A DNA stretch of 63,886 nt, the filler included, from Octopus bimaculoides (taxonomy: Eukaryota), in NCBI RefSeq assembly GCF_001194135.2. It is 6 parts of 5 records of this genome, joined end to end, with 100 filler letters (N's around TTAATTAATTAA, not from the genome) between each part and the next. Parts side by side here need not be neighbours in the genome. Positions count along the whole stretch, not along the records: positions 48,270 to 62,208 come from NC_068997.1; positions 62,309 to 63,886 come from NW_026394879.1; 4 more parts are not named here. One strand, given 5' to 3'. The notes beneath the pieces are model-generated. The model did not search any database and was not told the DNA's origin. It saw nothing but the letters and a program-made list of their open reading frames with translations. The number at the start of each line of letters is the position of its first letter. Position 1 is the first letter of the stretch. The translations under genes were made by a program, and so were the position numbers. This document shows positions 51,935 to 63,886 of the stretch, piece after piece.

Positions 51935-52660
51935 CGATCAAGAATGGAATAAAATGTGATGGTACATGTAATATATAATTTGATGTAATCCAATTTAAGG
52001 CATAAGCATTTGAATTTGGTTGGATAACTTATATTCAAAATATAAACAGTATTGTATTCGTTAACGAATTGAGGGTTATAAATTGAACAGTAAAATACTT
52101 TATATTATTTATACATGTAAAAAAGTGTTTGTGTGTGTGTGTGTACGTGTGTGCATGTGTGTTTGTGTGTGTGCATGTGTGTGTGTGTGTACGTGTGTGT
52201 GTACGTGTGTGTGTACGTGTGTGTGTACGTGTGTGCATGTGTGTTTGTGTGTGTGTGCATGTGTGTGTGTGTGTGTGTGTGCGTGCGTGTATGTTCCGTA
52301 TGCATTCGAAAACTGTGTTGCTGATTTTGACGTGTGAGGTATCACAAGATTCAGTAATCTTTTGGCTACCAAATAAACTATATCTTTATTTCCATATTTT
52401 CTACGTTATCTCAACGACCAGTTCTATTTATTTGAAAGACACTGCTCTGCAACGACCAGGTTTCATTAGAAAGTGAGAATAGTTTCACACTTTGAATTTG
52501 AACCAAAATTACAAAGTGTTGCATTACAAACTGACGGTGTGTGAATAATGAAAGTAATGCTTCTCCGAATTAGTCATATCTGCACTATAATAAAGAAAGC
52601 TGCTTATCACCTATATTTATAAAAGAGAGTTTGTGTGTGTGTGTGTGTGTATGTGTGTGT

Positions 52661-52691
<31 letters not shown>

Positions 52692-53279
52692 CTCGCATAT
52701 ATGTTCCTTAGGGATTCAAAAACTGAGTTGCTGGTTTTGATGTATGAGGCATCAAAAGATTCAGTAATCTTTCGGTTATCAAATAAACTGTGTTTTTGGC
52801 ACGACACATTTTTACTACTAAAATAACCTCGGAAACGAGGTCGGATCGTACAGTTTTGAGGTCATTTTCGGGTAATATTTCTATTTGCTTCTAATGTTTC
52901 ACGTTCGTCAAATGTTTCACGTTCGTCAAATGTTTCACGCATGCATAGAATTTTACTCAGACAGACATTTATGAAAATGTACACATAAACATTGTATTAA
53001 AATAAGCCACAATCAAAAACATTGCATTAAAAGACAAACATTTTTCTATATGTTATGGGGAAATACAGTCACTCACTCTCTCTCTCTCTCACACACACAC
53101 ACACATGCACACGCACTCACACATACAAAAAAGGATGTATTCATATGTGTTTATGTACATGTATATGAAAGATAATGTATGTGTGTGTGTGAGAGAGAGA
53201 GAGTTACTTAGACATACAGGCAAAAAGATACATACATGACAACACACACCTTCACTTACTCATTCACTCATTCAATCTC

Positions 53280-53323
<44 letters not shown>

Positions 53324-55529
53324 ATGCACACACACAAACACACACACACATACACGTCCATTTCATATACACGTACATATATCTTTCACTTTCTCCTCGC
53401 TTTCATTCACTGCTCTCGCTTCAAAGCAAATGTTGTATTTTCACTTTCTCCTCTCTTTCAATTTCTGCTGTCTTCAAAGCATAAAGAAATAAAAAAAAAT
53501 TCACGGAAATTAACGAAACATCATATGATCCTATGTGATCGACCATATGATCGAGCTGCTGACAACTTTGTTACTTCAAACAAAAGNNNNNNNNNNNNNN
53601 NNNNNNNNNNNNNNNNNNNNNNNNNNNNNNNNNNNNNNNNNNNNNNNNNNNNNNNNNNNNNNNNNNNNNNNNNNNNNNNNNNNNNNNNNNNNNNNNNNNN
53701 NNNNNNNNNNNNNNNNNNNNNNNNNNNNNNNNNNNNNNNNNNNNNNNNNNNNNNNNNNNNNNNNNNNNNNNNNNNNNNNNNNNNNNNNNNNNNNNNNNNN
53801 NNNNNNNNNNNNNNNNNNNNNNNNNNNNNNNNNNNNNNNNNNNNNNNNNNNNNNNNNNNNNNNNNNNNNNNNNNNNNNNNNNNNNNNNNNNNNNNNNNNN
53901 NNNNNNNNNNNNNNNNNNNNNNNNNNNNNNNNNNNNNNNNNNNNNNNNNNNNNNNNNNNNNNNNNNNNNNNNNNNNNNNNNNNNNNNNNNNNNNNNNNNN
54001 NNNNNNNNNNNNNNNNNNNNNNNNNNNNNNNNNNNNNNNNNNNNNNNNNNNNNNNNNNNNNNNNNNNNNNNNNNNNNNNNNNNNNNNNNNNNNNNNNNNN
54101 NNNNNNNNNNNNNNNNNNNNNNNNNNNNNNNNNNNNNNNNNNNNNNNNNNNNNNNNNNNNNNNNNNNNNNNNNNNNNNNNNNNNNNNNNNNNNNNNNNNN
54201 NNNNNNNNNNNNNNNNNNNNNNNNNNNNNNNNNNNNNNNNNNNNNNNNNNNNNNNNNACGGAGAAAGAAACAGTAAAATCACTAAAATTTCCTTCCCAAA
54301 CATCCACTTTCAAAAAGCTAAAATTCCCAATCTTTCGCTTTTTGCTTTTTGGAAAACGGTGAAGTTTCTTCAGAAATAATGTCGTTTACCTTTGTTTCTA
54401 GCATGTTGGGTTTTCTGGTGGTGGTCTGGTATTTTTTACGTCTGTTATTTCAGTACAATTCTACGCATGCGTGAAACATCAGACGAAAGTGAAAGATTGA
54501 GAGGTACCAGTAACATCATTGAACCTTTATAAACGTCTGTCACCTCCCTTCATATCTGAGGTCTTGTGTTAATACTAGAAATAAATGATTGTAAATAAAG
54601 CACAACATATATTAAAGAAGTCATGATTTCTTATATAAAATCATCTTATATAAGTTGGGAAGTCGATTGTGTTAAAGAGATTAGGATTTTTCTATTAATA
54701 TTAAAGAAACCATGAAAGATATTAAGCCCATCGGAAGAATAAGAAACTATTTTTATTCTCTTTCAGAACTTTGGAACGATTTCAAACTGTCAAATACACT
54801 GGAGAAGATTAACTCCGTGGGATGTGGTATCAGAATTTTCGACTCTTATTATTTCGTTGACAGTAAGACCGTTTTTTATTGTTTATTTTTTGTGTTCTTT
54901 GTTTCTGTTTCTTGTTCTTCATGTTTAATTCATTGACCTCTAGTTCTTGCCACAAAAAAAAAATTAAGAAATTAATAAATATGTCTTTCTTCCACATCAC
55001 ATGAGTAATTCTACTTAGAAACTTAATTCTTAATCGAATATATTAACAGTAAATTAATAGTCATGCAAAAAGATGTCGTAAAACTTATCCACAAATACAT
55101 TTAAAATCTGGAAGATGGGTTAATATTAATCCCCGTTGTCATTAAAAATCTCAACACGCTTCATTACAAACTGGTAAGGAAACACACCAATACGTCTCGC
55201 TGGTAATACGAGAACATCTCTACTTCCGAGATAACCAGCCACATACCCCTTCTCCCTCTCCCCTCATACATGCTATTTCAACAGCCAGATCCCTCATCAA
55301 TTATTATTCCCAATCCTTCCTTTCTAGATTATGCAACACTCAGGAACTCATTCCCACCCACACTAACCTAAAGATGCTCAAACGGAACATCAATAACATC
55401 AATCTATCGAGTCAATAGACCACATCTGTTCGTTTCCCTTGTGCCTTGTCAATGAAGAGCAATAATTTCATTTATGTTCTTATATTTCTTGTGTTTCCTC
55501 TTTCTATTTTTTTTTTACTTCTATTGCAG

Positions 55530-55720
55530 GGAAAGAAGTTAAGGATTTGACAGCTCATTCAACTTTTTCCTTCAAACAAAATCCATATCACAACCGTGTA
55601 ACCGATGCCAAAATGGATACTCACTCGGTTCTGGATTGTTCACGTTTATGTATGATATCTTCTACATGTACCGCCTTTTCATATACTAACACTAAGTGCT
55701 TACGAAAGAAACTGAACTGA
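55530..55720 (+). CDS. Terminal coding exon encoding a second PAN/Apple-like domain
   Basis: Long pyrimidine tract ending TTGCAG; phase 1, compatible with the exon ending at 51549; KEVKDL..SVLDCSRLCMISSTCTAFSYTNTKCLRKKLN*; AATAAA near 56.17 kb. Confidence 0.8.
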
Positions 55721-56258
55721 AAATTAACGGAATTCACCCAAAAATTTCGTTCTAAATTAGTCTTCTCTTAGATATCCAATTACACATTGGACGATTTATA
55801 AGATTATTAAATTTACACTTGTACCAATGAAGCAATTGGGTGTTATTTTATCGACCTTGAAAGAATGAAACACTAAGTTAACGATGAAGGTAGCATCGAA
55901 AAGTCTTCTGACGAATATGGTAAACAGTTTACGGGAATTATTGTACGACTATTCCAAAGTAAGAAAGCACCAAAAATCTTAGCTACCATGGTTGCTAATT
56001 TGAGTTTCAGCTCTGGTCTCTCAAAAGCTATTTAAGCAGGTAATTCTAAACTAATTTGATCAAAGTTTACAAAACCAAATTAAAAATCTTTGTTTTCTCT
56101 TGGACGAAACTTTGCATTTCAGCAACTTATTTTGCATATAACGTCAGTAGAGGTTAAATGAAATACGAAATAAATAACAGGCAAAACGAAATTCAATAGA
56201 AATTCGTTCATACACACAGCAACTCCATAAGTTCTGATTTTTGATGGGTTATACATAG

Positions 56259-58215
56259 CTCTTTAACTCTTTAACTCGCTTCAGCTTTAAAATTGCATCC
56301 ATGCTGGAGAACCACCGTTGACTCTGCAATGCCTTCATCATTTGAAACCTGTCTGATACGTGACATTTGGTGAATGAGGGAGTTTGATGCTGCTGTCCTC
56401 ATCTGCGTTTCCTGCCGTGAGGTAGGCTTCTCTGGAACCCTTGACATTTCGAAGACACCTACATCCACACCATACAGGCATTTTGGAANNNNNNNNNNNN
56501 NNNNNNNNNNNNNNNNNNNNNNNNNNNNNNNNNNNNNNNNNNNNNNNNNNNNNNNNNNNNNNNNNNNNNNNNNNNNNNNNNNNNNNNNNNNNNNNNNNNG
56601 TAACTTTCAATGCCACAGTACGAGGCCTTCCAGAATTTTCCAGATGTATATCACAGCATATCTTTCCCGCCTTCGTTGAAGGGAAAAGAGTCTTAACTCT
56701 TTCAGAGTTTTCCAATAGTTGATACGTTGCATTGAGACGATTTTCTTTGTGTAGATTCGTTTGATTGCTTCGAGTTCCGCTGTTATTAATTTTATAATGT
56801 GTAGTGACCATAGTTTGGAGCAGTAGTCCAAGAAGCTGAGGACATATGTCTTCCAAAAGACCATCATAGTTTCCTTTTCTCTCGTTCTGAAAGTTCGGAG
56901 GATCCACCCAACTACCCGTCTGTATTTTCTTACCAAATTAGAAATACTTACCTGGAAAGATACGTCATTACTCATGTCAATTCTCAGGTCACTATTGATT
57001 TTAATTCAGGGACTATGATTCCTCTCCAGGGCCAGAGTATTTTGTTTGCATGTCTTTCAGCTTTGTATGCTGGTAGTTCAGAGCTTGGAATTTTCAATTA
57101 TTAAACTGCATGTTGTTGTTCTCAACTTATCTGTATACTGCGTCCTGTTCTCGTTGCAAATGCGCACTATTTCCAGGGTTCTGAATCGTCTGAGAGACTT
57201 GTCATTTGCATAGCTAGTGAGATTGGCTCATCTGAGTAGTTGAGGGCGTGTCTGAAAGGACCTCTATAAATAGCAGTGGTCCTAAGACAGTATCCTGTGT
57301 AACACCACTTACTATTTACGTTTCTTTTGAGGTGTCCCCATTGGCCACCACTGCTTCACATCTATGTTTCATAAAGTCATGCAGCCACTCTCCAGGATTC
57401 CGACAATGCTGAGATCACGCAGTCTGTAACGCATCATACCATGGTCAACTTTATCAAAGGCTTTTGCAAAGTCGAGATATATCACAGCTACTCTTGAGTC
57501 GTTGAGCTGCTGCTTTAACACTCAGTCGTAATGTTGTAAGAGCTGTATCAGGCAGCTTCTACCTTGTCGAAATCCATACTGGGTGCCAGTCACCATATCA
57601 TTCTCTTCAATGAACGCAATTAGTTTCTTACTGACTATTCGTTCCATGACTTTGCTAATGTGTGAGGTCAGAGAGATAGGCCTATGCGTTTTAGCATCTG
57701 CTCTGCTTCCTCTTTTGTGGATGGAGCATATTAGCCCTTCCTTCAGTTTGTTTGAGAGCTTACCACTTGCAAGAGAGCTCTGAATAAGAATCTGCAGTGG
57801 TTTTGCAAGGACTCGTTTGCACGATTTGAGAAGGATTTCTGGGAATCCATCAGGGCCAGCAGCAGAGTTTGCGTCTACCTCATCTATGGCCAGTGTTACA
57901 TCTTTAATGCCGATGTAATTATTATTCTCCTCTTTCGTTACAAGTAAAGTGGCAAAGAAATTTGGTCGTTCGTTCATTTGCCTGTGTCCCAGAGGAGGCG
58001 TAAACACACTTTGGAACTGCTCGCTCAGAATTTCACTTATCCTCATTGGTTTTCCTATGAATGAGCCATCTTTTTGGAAGAGAGGACCCCATCTTGTAAC
58101 GTACTGAGGCTGTTTCTTTGTCAAAGTTAAAGAAAGCTTTAGGGTTCGGATTAATATTTTCTATAATTCCTTATCTGCTTTCTCTTTTTCATAATACTGA
58201 TGCGAAGTATTTTTA
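56259..58215 (-). mobile_element. 5'-truncated CR1-like LINE with intact 3' end
   Basis: AAGPDGFP..HRPISLTSHISKVMERIV..QYGFRQGRSCLIQLL, YLDFAKAFDKVDHG, LRLFSLQRRRERY; 3' end in a short GAGTTAAA tandem. Confidence 0.9.
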
Positions 58216-60730
58216 AGTCTTATGATGTTATCAACCTCATGTATGCAAACTTGGTCAAGAGATGCACTTCGATGCTTGGTGGTTAAAAGATGCTGCCGAA
58301 TGGATATGATACGACATTCAAAGGCATTTTGAATCGACGTTAAGCCTCTGCCGCCTTGTTTTCGTTTTAGGTAGACGCGGTCTACGTCACTGCTTATGTA
58401 GAAATTGTGTGTACTTGTTCGTAACTTTCAGGTTTTTACATCAATAGCTCGGATCTCATCAAGCGTCCAGTCAAGCCGTCAAAATGTTGGTATGGCACTG
58501 CAAACACATTGTGGGCCACTGTTTTATTGAATGCAGAGAGTTCTGAGGCCCAAAGTTTCGTTATTCGGCTGTAATATTCTTTAGTGACACATGTTTTATT
58601 ACAGGTGCCGTTATAAGATATGCTTTCATCCACTCCAAGATACCTGTTACATTCTTCATCAGATAAGTCATTGACGGAGATGTTAGTCTGCTTTAGAGTT
58701 TTCCCTCATTTCACCGTATAGCAACATTTATCCTGACCAAACTCCAAGCCTATATCTTTTGATAATGTAACCAGATCAAGGCTCTTTTTCATCTCATCCA
58801 TATTCTTTGCATATAGTTTCAAGTCAATCATAAAGAAACAGTGTGTAATTTTGATATATCTCTTTCCTTGTGACTTCTTTCCTTCAGACTTCTTTAACAT
58901 GAATGACAATGGGTTTACAAATAATATAAACATCATAGAGAGGCTGTCCCCTTAGAATATGCCTCTGTGATACTGCATGCTATCAGTGATAATGCAATCA
59001 CTTCTTGTATTTAACTTCAAGCTGATGGCCTACGATGAAGTCAGGTCAATGATGAAATCAGATCGGCTATGACTTGGACTATGCTCAGTGGAACTTTAGC
59101 AAGTTGAAGAGCTTCCAGCATCCACGAGAGTGGAACAGATAAAAAGTTTTCTTGTAGTCCAACCACATTGAAACCAGGTTCTTTGTATGCTTCCGCACCT
59201 CTGACATTACATTTTTATGTATTAACAATTGCTCGGCACATCCCCAGACTCTCTTCCTTCCAGCTGCTTGTTCTGGTGTGATTATTTTATTACTTTCACA
59301 ATGGTCTTCGACAAAGAGATTTAAACATGTTGTATATATTTTATACATTAAGTTCTGGTATGCAATTGGCCAGTGGTTTTTTTTTTTTTTTTTTGCCATT
59401 AAGGTGGTTCTACTTTTAAGGAACAGTTTTATCTTCGTCAGAACTAACCAGTGTCGTAAGCTACTGTTCCCATTGAGAGTTTACTGATACAGGTTGATAA
59501 GATATGGTCTGTAGAAGGTTAGCTTTTTGTACCAGTATCCAATAATTTCCCGGTTCTTTCTACCCTGAAGTTTCTGGATTACAGTCACAAGTGTATCCCC
59601 ATCAATGCTGTATGTTTTGGTCTTAATGCAGGAACAATAATTACTTCGAATATTTTTCCAGTCACAGAACAACTCTGTTAAACTTCATCTCTTTGCTCGA
59701 AATTTTACTCTCGAAGGAGTCCATATCTTCTCGCGAAGGAGCTTCTGTGATGTTCACTGCTTCTCCTCTCATGTCCCTATACACAGCTGCATGGTTCCGG
59801 TAACATTTATTGTTTATTGTTCTTCTTTCGGTTATTCTCCTCTGGTGTCGGAGTTTCTCACCGACAGCTTTTAGTTCCTGCTTGAGGGCGATCAGTTTGC
59901 AAGCGCGTGTCTTCTTTTTGCCGTCTCCAAACATCACTCACTTTTATCTCCTTCTTCACTTTTTGTCGTTGAGACGTTTAGGGGTTTGCTTTTTTGCAAG
60001 CAATAAGCATCATCACATGGATGATGGCCTTCCGTAAAACCATCTATTTTTTCCTCTGACTTCAAAACCCATGATGACATGTTCTTTGTTGTTTCAATTT
60101 TGTTTCCCTTTTGAGTGTCGTTCTTGTTCTGCCCTGCAGCAACAGACAGGCTTTCGAGACAGGCGTTCATCTCCCTGCATGACGCTTCATTATACTGATG
60201 TAAATACTACTCGCCAATTTCATTGATACCTTTTAATACAATGTCTTTTAGTCTTTTGCTTTCTTTGGTTGAGAATACGCTCTCTTCGAGGGAGAATTTC
60301 GAAGCCAAAGTTATTTTTTCATGAAAAATTTTGTTAAGGACATATTTCAACAGTATATAAACCAGACTACTGATAAAATGACCGCTGCGGTTCTGCCTGC
60401 TATTTACCATAGACGTAGTAGAGGGACAATGGTCTGTTGTTTTAGCTGGTAATGTAGTTTGGCTGGCAGGCAATATAGTATCTGTTGGAATGTTGCTAAC
60501 TGTGAAACCACCTGGTGTTCTAACATCATTCCTGCTTTTATTTATATTGTTTAGGAGAATGTTAATTTCAGATCTTTTTTATACTTCACGATTTTTACTG
60601 AAACTCCTTTGTGCCAAAGGTCAATAGCACAAATTGAAAAAAACCCCAAAAAACTCTGGATTACCTCCCTTGTTAGTAATGCAAGAGTCATTTCCCTTGT
60701 TGAAGTAGTGGCATGTTAGTTCTTCAAAGG
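58215..60730 (-). mobile_element. R4-clade LINE (N-terminus and RT; RLE end absent)
   Basis: IGYWYKKLTF, EQAAGRKRVWGCAEQLL, WLDYKK, GDSLS, FFMIDLKLYAK, YLGVDE, VDRVYLKRKQGGRGL. Confidence 0.88.
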
Positions 60731-61324
60731 GACATAACAGATGGCAATTAATAGTGTTCCCAAAATGTTTCCTTTACCTTTATATGCTTAACGAAATCTT
60801 TGTCAAATTAAGTTTTTTTTTTCTAAATTATTTTTTAAAAGAGAATATGGATACGTATTCCTATTCTCTCCAGTGTTTAATTGAGATGAATTCTCAGATT
60901 TTTGAAAAATGTTTTTAAAAGCTTTATAAAGTGTGAAATGAATCCAGTGGATTTTAGTTTAAACGTCTCTAGGTTGGTTTCTACACGAAATAAAATGACT
61001 TTTGCGAGAATTATAAAATTGCTGCTATTGTTGGGAGAGTGAACAGAGAAAGTTTAATGCATGATCAAAGCGGTGAAGTGAACTAAATGCGATGAGAGTT
61101 GGACAGTTTGAATGGTCAAGACTTGTTGTGTTGTAGACAGCGTTCTTTACCTGTTTTATTGCAACGTAGCTGCAGGACCATCACTCTGGGTTTCGGATGT
61201 GCGATATGAAAGGAAATGTGGTTTAGCTGTATCACGTGGACCAGAAATGAAGAACGCGAAATGTCGGTCATTGTACATTATTCCCATTCACTAAGCGAAA
61301 AAAGAAGAAGAAAACTTCTGTTTT

Positions 61325-61460
61325 AAGGGAAGGGATTAAGTTGATACTATCGACCTCAGTACATGGCTGGTATTTTAATTTATCGGTCCTTGAGGGTTGA
61401 AAGGCAAAGCTGATCTCAGCGGGATTTCAACTCAGGACATAAGCAGCCGAAGCATATATC
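61325..61460 (-). mobile_element. Degraded SINE, family A
   Basis: TGAAAGGCAAAGCTGATCTCAGCGGGATTTCAACTCAG is the reverse complement of the family A B-box region. Confidence 0.65.
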
Positions 61461-61581
61461 TTAAAGTTTCCTTTTTTCTGATACCCTAAACTACTTACCA
61501 TTTACCATTAACTACTGTTGAAGGTGACGAATCGCCCTTTCCACTCCATATACGAAGAACCATTGCTCTATATGTATATAA

Positions 61582-61660
<79 letters not shown>

Positions 61661-61799
61661 CCCTATTTCCTTCCCTGAACGTCTGCTAATACTTTACATG
61701 TACCACGTCCTCGCGTTGTTATTTTTTTTTGTGTGTGTGTGGTTGCGAATGATTTTCAAACAGGGGGGGAAAATAAACTGTATTCAATTGAAATCTCAT

Positions 61800-62028
61800 G
61801 CCTTATTCTTTAACTTGTTTCAATCATTTGACTGCGGCCATGCTGGAGCACCGCATCATAGTCAAAGAAATCGACCCCAGGACTTATTCTTTGTAAGCCT
61901 ACTACTAATTCTATTGATCTCTTTTGCCGAACCGCTAAGTTACGGGGACGTAAACATACCAGCGCCGGTTTCAAGCGGTAATGGGGAACAAACACAGACA
62001 CAAAGACACACACACATAAATATACACA

Positions 62029-62030
<2 letters not shown>
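61800..62030 (-). mobile_element. SINE family C 3' part
   Basis: TCATTTGACTGCGGCCATGCTGGAGCACCGC..CTTTTGCCGAACCGCTAAGTTACGGGGACGTAAAC. Confidence 0.85.
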
Positions 62031-62071
<41 letters not shown>

Positions 62072-62073
<2 letters not shown>

Positions 62074-62208
62074 GAGTACAGCAATGAATTCCGGGTAGAG
62101 GCGAAATGAGTACAGCAATGAATTCCGGGTAGAGGTAGGGGTCCACCAAGGTTCCGTCCTCAGCCCCCTCTTATTTATCATAGTCCTCCAGGCAATCACA
62201 GAGGAGTT
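62072..62208 (+). mobile_element. RTE LINE RT fragment with a 30-bp duplication at its 5' end
   Basis: EYSNEFRVEVGVHQGSVLSPLLFIIVLQAITEE; 62072-62101 is repeated at 62106-62135. Confidence 0.85.
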
Positions 62209-62308
62209 NNNNNNNNNNNNNNNNNNNNNNNNNNNNNNNNNNNNNNNNNNNNTTAATTAATTAANNNNNNNNNNNNNNNNNNNNNNNNNNNNNNNNNNNN
62301 NNNNNNNN

Positions 62309-62339
<31 letters not shown>

Positions 62340-62377
62340 GTATATATATATCTGTATATATACATATATCTGTCCCT

Positions 62378-63886
62378 CTCGTACGTATGTATGGATAAAG
62401 TACGTGCCTACATAAGTATGTATGTACGTACGTGCTTACGTACGCATGTATGGACGTACGTACCTACATACGTGTGAATGGAGGTACGTGCGTACCTACG
62501 TACATTTGTATGGATGTACGTACGTATCTAAGTACGTATGTATGGATGAACGTACGTACCTACGTACGTATGTATATATGTATGTACGTACCTGTATACG
62601 TATGTAAGTATGTACGTACGTACATACCTACGTACGTATTTATGGATGTACGTATGTACCTCCATATGTATGTATGGATGTACGTACGTACCTAAGTACG
62701 TACGTATGTGTGTACGTACGTATGCATGTATGTACGTACGTCCATAGTACGTATGTATGTATGTAAGTACATACCTACGTACGTATGTATGTATGCACGT
62801 ACATACCTACGTACATATGTATGGATGTACGTACATACATAGTACGTACATACGTACGTATGTATGGATGTACGTACGTACCTACGTACGTNNNNNNNNN
62901 NNNNNNNNNNNNNNNNNNNNNNNNNNNNNNNNNNNNNNNNNNNNNNNNNNNNNNNNNNNNNNGTAAGTATGTATGGATGTACGTACGTACGTATGTATAA
63001 ATGTACGTGCGTACATACGTCCGTATGTATGTATGTAAGTACGTACATACTTACGTATGTATGTATGTACGTACGTACCTACGTACATATGTATGGATGT
63101 ACATACGTACCTACGTATGTATATATGGATGTACGCACGTGCCTACGTACGTATGTATAGATGTACGTGTGTAACTACGTACGTTTCTATGGATCTATGT
63201 ACGCACCTACGTAGGTATGTATAAATGTACGTACAAACGTATGGATCTACGTACGTACCTACGTAAGAATTTATGGATGTACGTACGTACCTATGTACGT
63301 ATGTATATATGTACGTACGTACCTATATAAGTATGTATTGATGTACGTACGTACCTACGTACCTACTTACCTACGTACGTATGTATATATGTAAGTACGT
63401 ACTTCCGTACGTATGTATGGATTTACGTACGTGCCTACGTAAGTATGTNNNNNNNNNNTACTTCCGTACGTATGTATGGATTTACGTACGTGCCTACGTA
63501 AGTATGTATGGATGAACGTACGTATGCATGTATGTACGTACCTTGGTACGTAATGAATGGATGTACGTACGTAACTACATACGTAATGTATGGATGTACG
63601 TACGTACCTACGTACGTATATATGGATGTACGTACGTATATNNNNNNNNNNACGTACGTATATATGGATGTACGTACGTATATACATACGTATGTATATA
63701 TGTACATAGTGCCCACATAAGTATGCATGGATGTACGTGCGTACCTACATACGCATGTATGGATGTACGTATGTACCTACGTACGTATGTATGGATGTAC
63801 GTACGTACCTCCGTACGTATGTATATATGTACATAGGTACCTATATACGTATGTATGGATGTACGTACGTACCTACGTACGTATGT
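62378..63886. repeat. 32-bp minisatellite, consensus about TATGTATGGATGTACGTACGTACCTACGTACG
   Basis: 32-nt period read directly in the last three units; runs to the window end. Confidence 0.9.

Noticed and set aside
62378-63886. CRISPR-like 32-bp periodicity
   Set aside because: Head-to-tail units with no unique spacers, no cas genes and a eukaryotic context.

Overview
AT-rich, microsatellite-dense eukaryotic genomic DNA with many N gaps. The repeat families suggest an octopus (cephalopod) draft assembly; this is an inference and was not BLAST-verified. Most identifiable sequence is decayed transposable elements: Tc1/mariner, R4/Dong-clade RLE LINEs, CR1, RTE, Penelope-like (PLE), a Gypsy gag-protease fragment and several tRNA-derived SINE families. 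Two host exons, a phase 1-1 exon at 51319-51549 and a terminal exon at 55530-55720 (absent from the ORF track), encode PAN/Apple domains. Most notable observations: (1) a 141-bp palindromic element carrying two divergent hammerhead-ribozyme-like motifs between 13-bp direct repeats (38588-38754), with a related motif at about 51.9 kb sharing a non-canonical CCGAYGA core; (2) RLE LINEs inserted in (TAA)n and, unusually, twice in one (CATA)n array; (3) a co-oriented R4-CR1 fusion; (4) SINE 3' tails matching the CR1 3' end. No CRISPR array, rRNA or intact tRNA gene is supported. TE boundaries are approximate.
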